NCBI GenBank assembly: GCA_036479435.1
Contig: JAZGFI010000030.1
Location: 1-41,837 of the forward strand
Length of the DNA: 41,837 nucleotides
Reading direction: 5' to 3'
DNA from: Planctomycetota bacterium
GTDB lineage: Bacteria; Planctomycetota; GCA-002687715; DRQF01
Below, piece by piece: positions 38,097-41,837 of this stretch (the stretch's first letter is position 1; every line of letters begins with the position of its first letter). A program made the position numbers and the translations under genes. The notes under the pieces were generated by a model, which saw only the letters and a program-made list of their open reading frames with translations, had not been told where the DNA came from and searched no databases.

Positions 38097-39647
38097 TCAA
38101 GAATTCATCGGATAAAAAAGCGCCGCGGCAGCATCCCAGCGTAGACCACCCTTACGAGCTTGGTCCCACCACGTTTTCCAGGCTGCAATGGCTTTGCGGT
38201 TTTCATCGGGGTCAGCAAAAGCGTCGTAGCCGAAGTCTTTGCCACCACTAGGGGTCTGCAAGAACTCCAAGAGCTCTTCGCGGGACATGAGGGGAAAGTC
38301 CTCGTTGCCGAGCATCGCCACCATGTGACCGAGACCCTCGAGGTCACCCAAGACCGCCAAGACCCTAGCCGCAGCAAAAGCGGTTTCGGGTTCTTCGTAC
38401 TGGGCCGCGATCGTCTGCAGCATCGCGCGGCCGCGATAAAGCCCGGACAGCTCCTTCAAGCCCAGCAGCACTTCAGTCTGCACGCGCGCGTCGTCGTCCT
38501 GCAGGGCTCCCAAGAACGGGCGAATCGAACCAATCTCCTGAAACTGAGGCGTACGCAACTTCAAGGCGGCCTTTAGCCGAATCTCGACGTCGGGCGATCC
38601 GACAAGTTCCGCGACCGCGGCCTGGCGCAGTTCCGACAACGACGGTCCCGCTCGGCCGGTGCCACCGCCGTGAGCGTGTCCAGCTGCTCCGGCTCCGGCC
38701 TGCGACTCATCGAGGTTGGGCCAGGGAAAGACCAAAAAAGCGGTGACGAGCGCAGCGATAGCGCTGGCATAAATCAGCCAAGCCGTCAGCTTTGCCAATC
38801 CCGCTCGAAACGAACTCAGTTTGGCGAGGCCCAACATGGCAATCATGGAGACGGCGATCGTAGGCGCCACCGGGAGGTTTTCACCGATCGCCAGCACAAA
38901 ACCGATCAAAGAACTGCCCATGGCACTCGCCATAGCGATGCGGGTTGAGTCGCCAAGACGTCTTCCAATCGCAAGGCCTGTGAGCGGCGGCACGACCAAG
39001 AACGCAAACACGAGCAGAAGTCCACTGGCGCGTAGGGCCAAGGCTACGGCCACCGCGAGCGAAGCCAAGAGCATGATCTGATAGCGGCGCTCCGGCAGGC
39101 CCAAGACGCGGGCGAATTCTGGATCGTAGGAGCACAGCAAAAACTGCCGGCGGTAAACCATGTGCAGCACGGCCACGGCGACGATGCCGAACCACAAAAA
39201 GAAGAGCTCACTGGTTTCGGTCAAGAGCACATCGCCCGCGAGGATGTTCCTCAACTCAACCAGCCCGCTCGAACTGCGCCACACCAACAAGATGGCGGCA
39301 GCGCTGGCCAAGGCATAAACCAAGCCGACAAAGGCGTCGGGGCTCGAGCGGTTTCGGTGGGGCCGGACTTGGAGGCCTAAAGCACCCAGCAAACTCAAAC
39401 CCAAACTGCCCGTCGCAGCTCCGTACTGCTTAGCGAACTGCCGAATCGACTGTCCGATCCAAGTGGCATCAGCGACGAAAAAAGACAGAGCCACTCCGGC
39501 GGCCGCCAACTGCGCCAAGGCGACGCCGGTGAAGACGATGCGGCGCATGACCGTGAACAAGCCGAGGTAGGAGCAAAGCATCGCAATGCCGAGAGTCGCA
39601 ACGTAGTTGGCGCCAAAGAACTCAAGCGTCTCGAGGATCTCGCTCAA
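38097..39647 (-). CDS. Zn/Mn-type ABC transporter permease (ZnuB/ABC-3) fused to a C-terminal HEAT-repeat-like domain
   Basis: G.F.V.RR.VF.G.ALAQ, L.GD.L, SYDPEFA..LG, G.LLVFAFLVVP; the tail has ALQDDDARVQ-type HEAT helices. Confidence 0.9.
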   Translation of the reverse strand: MSEILETLEFFGANYVATLGIAMLCSYLGLFTVMRRIVFTGVALAQLAAAGVALSFFVADATWIGQSIRQFAKQYGAATGSLGLSLLGALGLQVRPHRNRSSPDAFVGLVYALASAAAILLVWRSSSGLVELRNILAGDVLLTETSELFFLWFGIVAVAVLHMVYRRQFLLCSYDPEFARVLGLPERRYQIMLLASLAVAVALALRASGLLLVFAFLVVPPLTGLAIGRRLGDSTRIAMASAMGSSLIGFVLAIGENLPVAPTIAVSMIAMLGLAKLSSFRAGLAKLTAWLIYASAIAALVTAFLVFPWPNLDESQAGAGAAGHAHGGGTGRAGPSLSELRQAAVAELVGSPDVEIRLKAALKLRTPQFQEIGSIRPFLGALQDDDARVQTEVLLGLKELSGLYRGRAMLQTIAAQYEEPETAFAAARVLAVLGDLEGLGHMVAMLGNEDFPLMSREELLEFLQTPSGGKDFGYDAFADPDENRKAIAAWKTWWDQARKGGLRWDAAAALFYPMNS

Positions 39648-40450
39648 CGGACTTCACCTTCGCTGTTGCTAGAGATGAGTCGGCGGCCATCTTCGGCCAC
39701 GAAAACGGAAATCGGAATGCCGTAGAGCTCGCCGAGGCGTTCGCTAGTGAGGATGCCGCTGGCGTCGTCCACGATCAGCTCGCTGCCGTTGATCAAAGCG
39801 ATGCGGTGAGCGTATCGCGAGACAACGTGCAGAATGTGACTCACCATGACCACGGTGCGGCCCTCTTCGTGCAAGGTTCGAACGAGTTCCATGACTTCGT
39901 GCTCGCCGCGCAAGTCGAGGTCGTTGGTGGGTTCGTCCAAGATGAGGACTTCGGGTTCGGAAACGAGGGCGCGGGCCACCAAGACCCGTTGTTTCTGGCC
40001 GCCGGATAATTCGCGAAACAAACGATCGCGGAAACCAAGCATGCCGCAGGAATCGAGAGCGCCCGCAACGCGCTTAGAGTTCTCGGCGAGGTCGATTTCT
40101 TCAGCGGTTTCCTCTAGCCCGAGTAGCCCCATCGCCACGACTTCTTCGGCGGTGAAGGGAAAGATAGGATCGAGTTGGCTTCGCTGCGGCGAATAGCCCA
40201 GGGTGCCTTTGACTTCGCATTTACCGCTCAAAGGCTTCAAGACGCCGAGAATGTTGCGCAAGATCGTGGTCTTACCCGAGCCGTTGGGACCGACGATAGC
40301 GATGAAGTCGCCGCGGCGGATCTCAAGGTTGACATTTTTGACCAAGCTTAAGTTTTTGTAGCCGATCTCAGCGTTCTTCAAGCTGATGAGAACTTCGGAC
40401 TCGACCTTGGAGGCCTCATCTGTTGATGGCGAGGCGTCCTCGCCGCTCAA
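39644..40450 (-). CDS. Zn/Mn-type ABC transporter ATP-binding protein (ZnuC-like)
   Basis: GPNGSGKTT, Y.PQ, FPFT..EVV.MG, LSGGQKQRVLVARAL, LDEPT. Confidence 0.93.
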   Translation of the reverse strand: MSGEDASPSTDEASKVESEVLISLKNAEIGYKNLSLVKNVNLEIRRGDFIAIVGPNGSGKTTILRNILGVLKPLSGKCEVKGTLGYSPQRSQLDPIFPFTAEEVVAMGLLGLEETAEEIDLAENSKRVAGALDSCGMLGFRDRLFRELSGGQKQRVLVARALVSEPEVLILDEPTNDLDLRGEHEVMELVRTLHEEGRTVVMVSHILHVVSRYAHRIALINGSELIVDDASGILTSERLGELYGIPISVFVAEDGRRLISSNSEGEVR

Positions 40451-41538
40451 ATGCCGATTTCTTTCGCGGCGGATTCGATGAGGTCAAAAATACGGTCGAA
40501 CATCGCAAAGAGGTCGTCGCTGTTTTTGGTCTCGCCGGGTTGCGTCGGCAAGATCCGCGCGATGCCACCGATGTGGCGGGCCACTCCCAAAGTCGTCTTC
40601 GACGGGTAGTAGGGAGGCGCCAACACGATCCTGACGCCAGTTTTCTTGGCAATCTTTTTCAGGGTGTCGAGGTGAGATGGCGAAGCCGGGATGCCGGGTT
40701 TCTCTTCGATGGTGCCGACGATTTCAATGCCGAAAGCGTCTTCGAAGTAACTCCAGGTCTTATGGTAGGTGATGACTTTGGTGCCCTTCAGCGCGCGCGC
40801 GCGCGCCAACCAGCCACCGACGTAGTCCTCGATCAGCTTACCCTTGTACTTTTTTTTGCCGACTTTCTTGAGCCAGGGCAACAGCGTCCGCGTCTTGTGA
40901 TACTTCTCAAGTTTCTGGATTCCCACCAAGGCCACGAAGTCCTTGCCGAACATGCGCTCGTCGAGCTTCTTCTCGAAGGCGACGCGGTTCTTAGTGAGTT
41001 GTGCCGTGTGATCGTAGAGGAGCGGTGCCAAGGACTTCTCAATGTTGCGCACCATGACTTTCAAGTTGCCCGGATCAAGCCAAATGTGCGGGTTTCCTGC
41101 GGCATGGATGTGACCGCCCGCATCGATCTGGGCTTGACTCGGTACCTCGACCGGAATCAATCCGTTTGATGCGTATAAATGCCCGGCCTTTCCCGCGCGA
41201 AGCTGAGGATTCTTGGCGGCGTCAAGGATGCGGATCGCCCAGCCCTCAAGCGCCATGCCATTTTCGATAAAGAGCTTGGCCTTGCTCACGTTGAGGGCCT
41301 GGGTTGGCGTCGTCGTAATGCTGTGCGGATCGCCACCTGGCTCAGCCAACTGCATCACTTCGACGAGGTCACCCCCGACAATACGGGTGAGTTCCGCCAG
41401 ATAGGGCAAGGTCGCCACGACCTTGATTTTCTTCTGGGCGAGCAGTGAACTCGCGCCTGAAGACAAGCAGAGCGCGAGTACCAATAAAAGGCCAACTCGA
41501 ATCGAGTTGAAGATCTGAATTCGGGGCATGGTGTTCAT
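40447..41538 (-). CDS. Zn/Mn-type ABC transporter substrate-binding protein (ZnuA/TroA-like)
   Basis: Signal peptide; VVAT, DPH, NG..LE.W, HIHAAGNPHIWLDP, YH..W.YF, E.KPGIP.SP.HL. Confidence 0.93.
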   Translation of the reverse strand: MNTMPRIQIFNSIRVGLLLVLALCLSSGASSLLAQKKIKVVATLPYLAELTRIVGGDLVEVMQLAEPGGDPHSITTTPTQALNVSKAKLFIENGMALEGWAIRILDAAKNPQLRAGKAGHLYASNGLIPVEVPSQAQIDAGGHIHAAGNPHIWLDPGNLKVMVRNIEKSLAPLLYDHTAQLTKNRVAFEKKLDERMFGKDFVALVGIQKLEKYHKTRTLLPWLKKVGKKKYKGKLIEDYVGGWLARARALKGTKVITYHKTWSYFEDAFGIEIVGTIEEKPGIPASPSHLDTLKKIAKKTGVRIVLAPPYYPSKTTLGVARHIGGIARILPTQPGETKNSDDLFAMFDRIFDLIESAAKEIGI

Positions 41539-41642
41539 GAGTCTCGGTCGAGTTGATTTCGGTTTCCAGACTGCGAGTTAGAGGCTTAGTTTTCGTTGTT
41601 GTTGTTCTGGCCACCCGGGCCAGTCGTTGCAGGGGTCCCTCA

Positions 41643-41837
41643 TCACGTCCCGCCTTGATCTGCCTCGGTTAGGGCTTTGGCCTGGTCGGCGCCAGCGACG
41701 AGGTCGTCGATCTCGGCAAAGAGACCTTCGAGTTCAGGATCGGCGGCGGCGGTCTCGCCTTTGGCGGCCGTCGCCAGCATTTCGCGGTGGACCCGCTCCA
41801 TCATGCCTTTGGGCCAGTGCTCATCGTGCGGAGCAAA
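41643..41837 (-). CDS. C-terminal 64 aa of a hypothetical protein running in from the window edge
   Basis: Open frame FAPHDEHWPKGMMERVHREML...EADQGGT-stop with GC-rich third codon positions; co-oriented with the metal ABC operon. Confidence 0.65.
   Translation of the reverse strand, partial: FAPHDEHWPKGMMERVHREMLATAAKGETAAADPELEGLFAEIDDLVAGADQAKALTEADQGGT

Noticed and set aside
40791..40806. (GC)8 dinucleotide run
   Set aside because: In frame within an intact gene (LARARAL) and plausible by chance at this GC content.
40423..41169. Long antisense ORFs (also 154-825, 27808-28500, 10729-11256)
   Set aside because: Shadows of well-supported genes, caused by GC-rich codon bias.

Overview
GC-rich bacterial chromosomal window; the gene content suggests a Planctomycetota-like organism (inference only). 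In order: a PhnD/C/E/E-type ABC importer of the putative selenate-transporter subfamily; a one-gene islet encoding an AlbA_2 (Schlafen-like)/HATPase_c_4/wHTH protein, bracketed by a 32-bp duplication of the phnE 3' end; an ECF sigma/anti-sigma/secretin-like operon; a DUF4139-response regulator-histidine kinase operon; methyltransferases, DUF423, ABC-F, an FGE-like protein, a membrane sulfatase-fold protein and an RluA-family synthase; a wecB-led glycosylation operon with two large multidomain enzymes; an accessory segment (28.7-30.2 kb); a membrane Ser/Thr kinase; a GT-C-like protein, a second sulfatase-fold protein, an S10 peptidase and a Zn/Mn-type ABC importer. The most notable unexplained signal is the accessory segment. 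It holds a ~546-nt hairpin-dense interval (29620-30165) whose ends pair through a G-U-containing helix, a candidate large structured ncRNA. Divergent from it is a coupled two-gene module whose first gene appears frameshifted by a 7-nt tandem repeat. No rRNA, tRNA, CRISPR array, integrase or transposase was recognised. All calls are by eye, with no database searches or folding runs.
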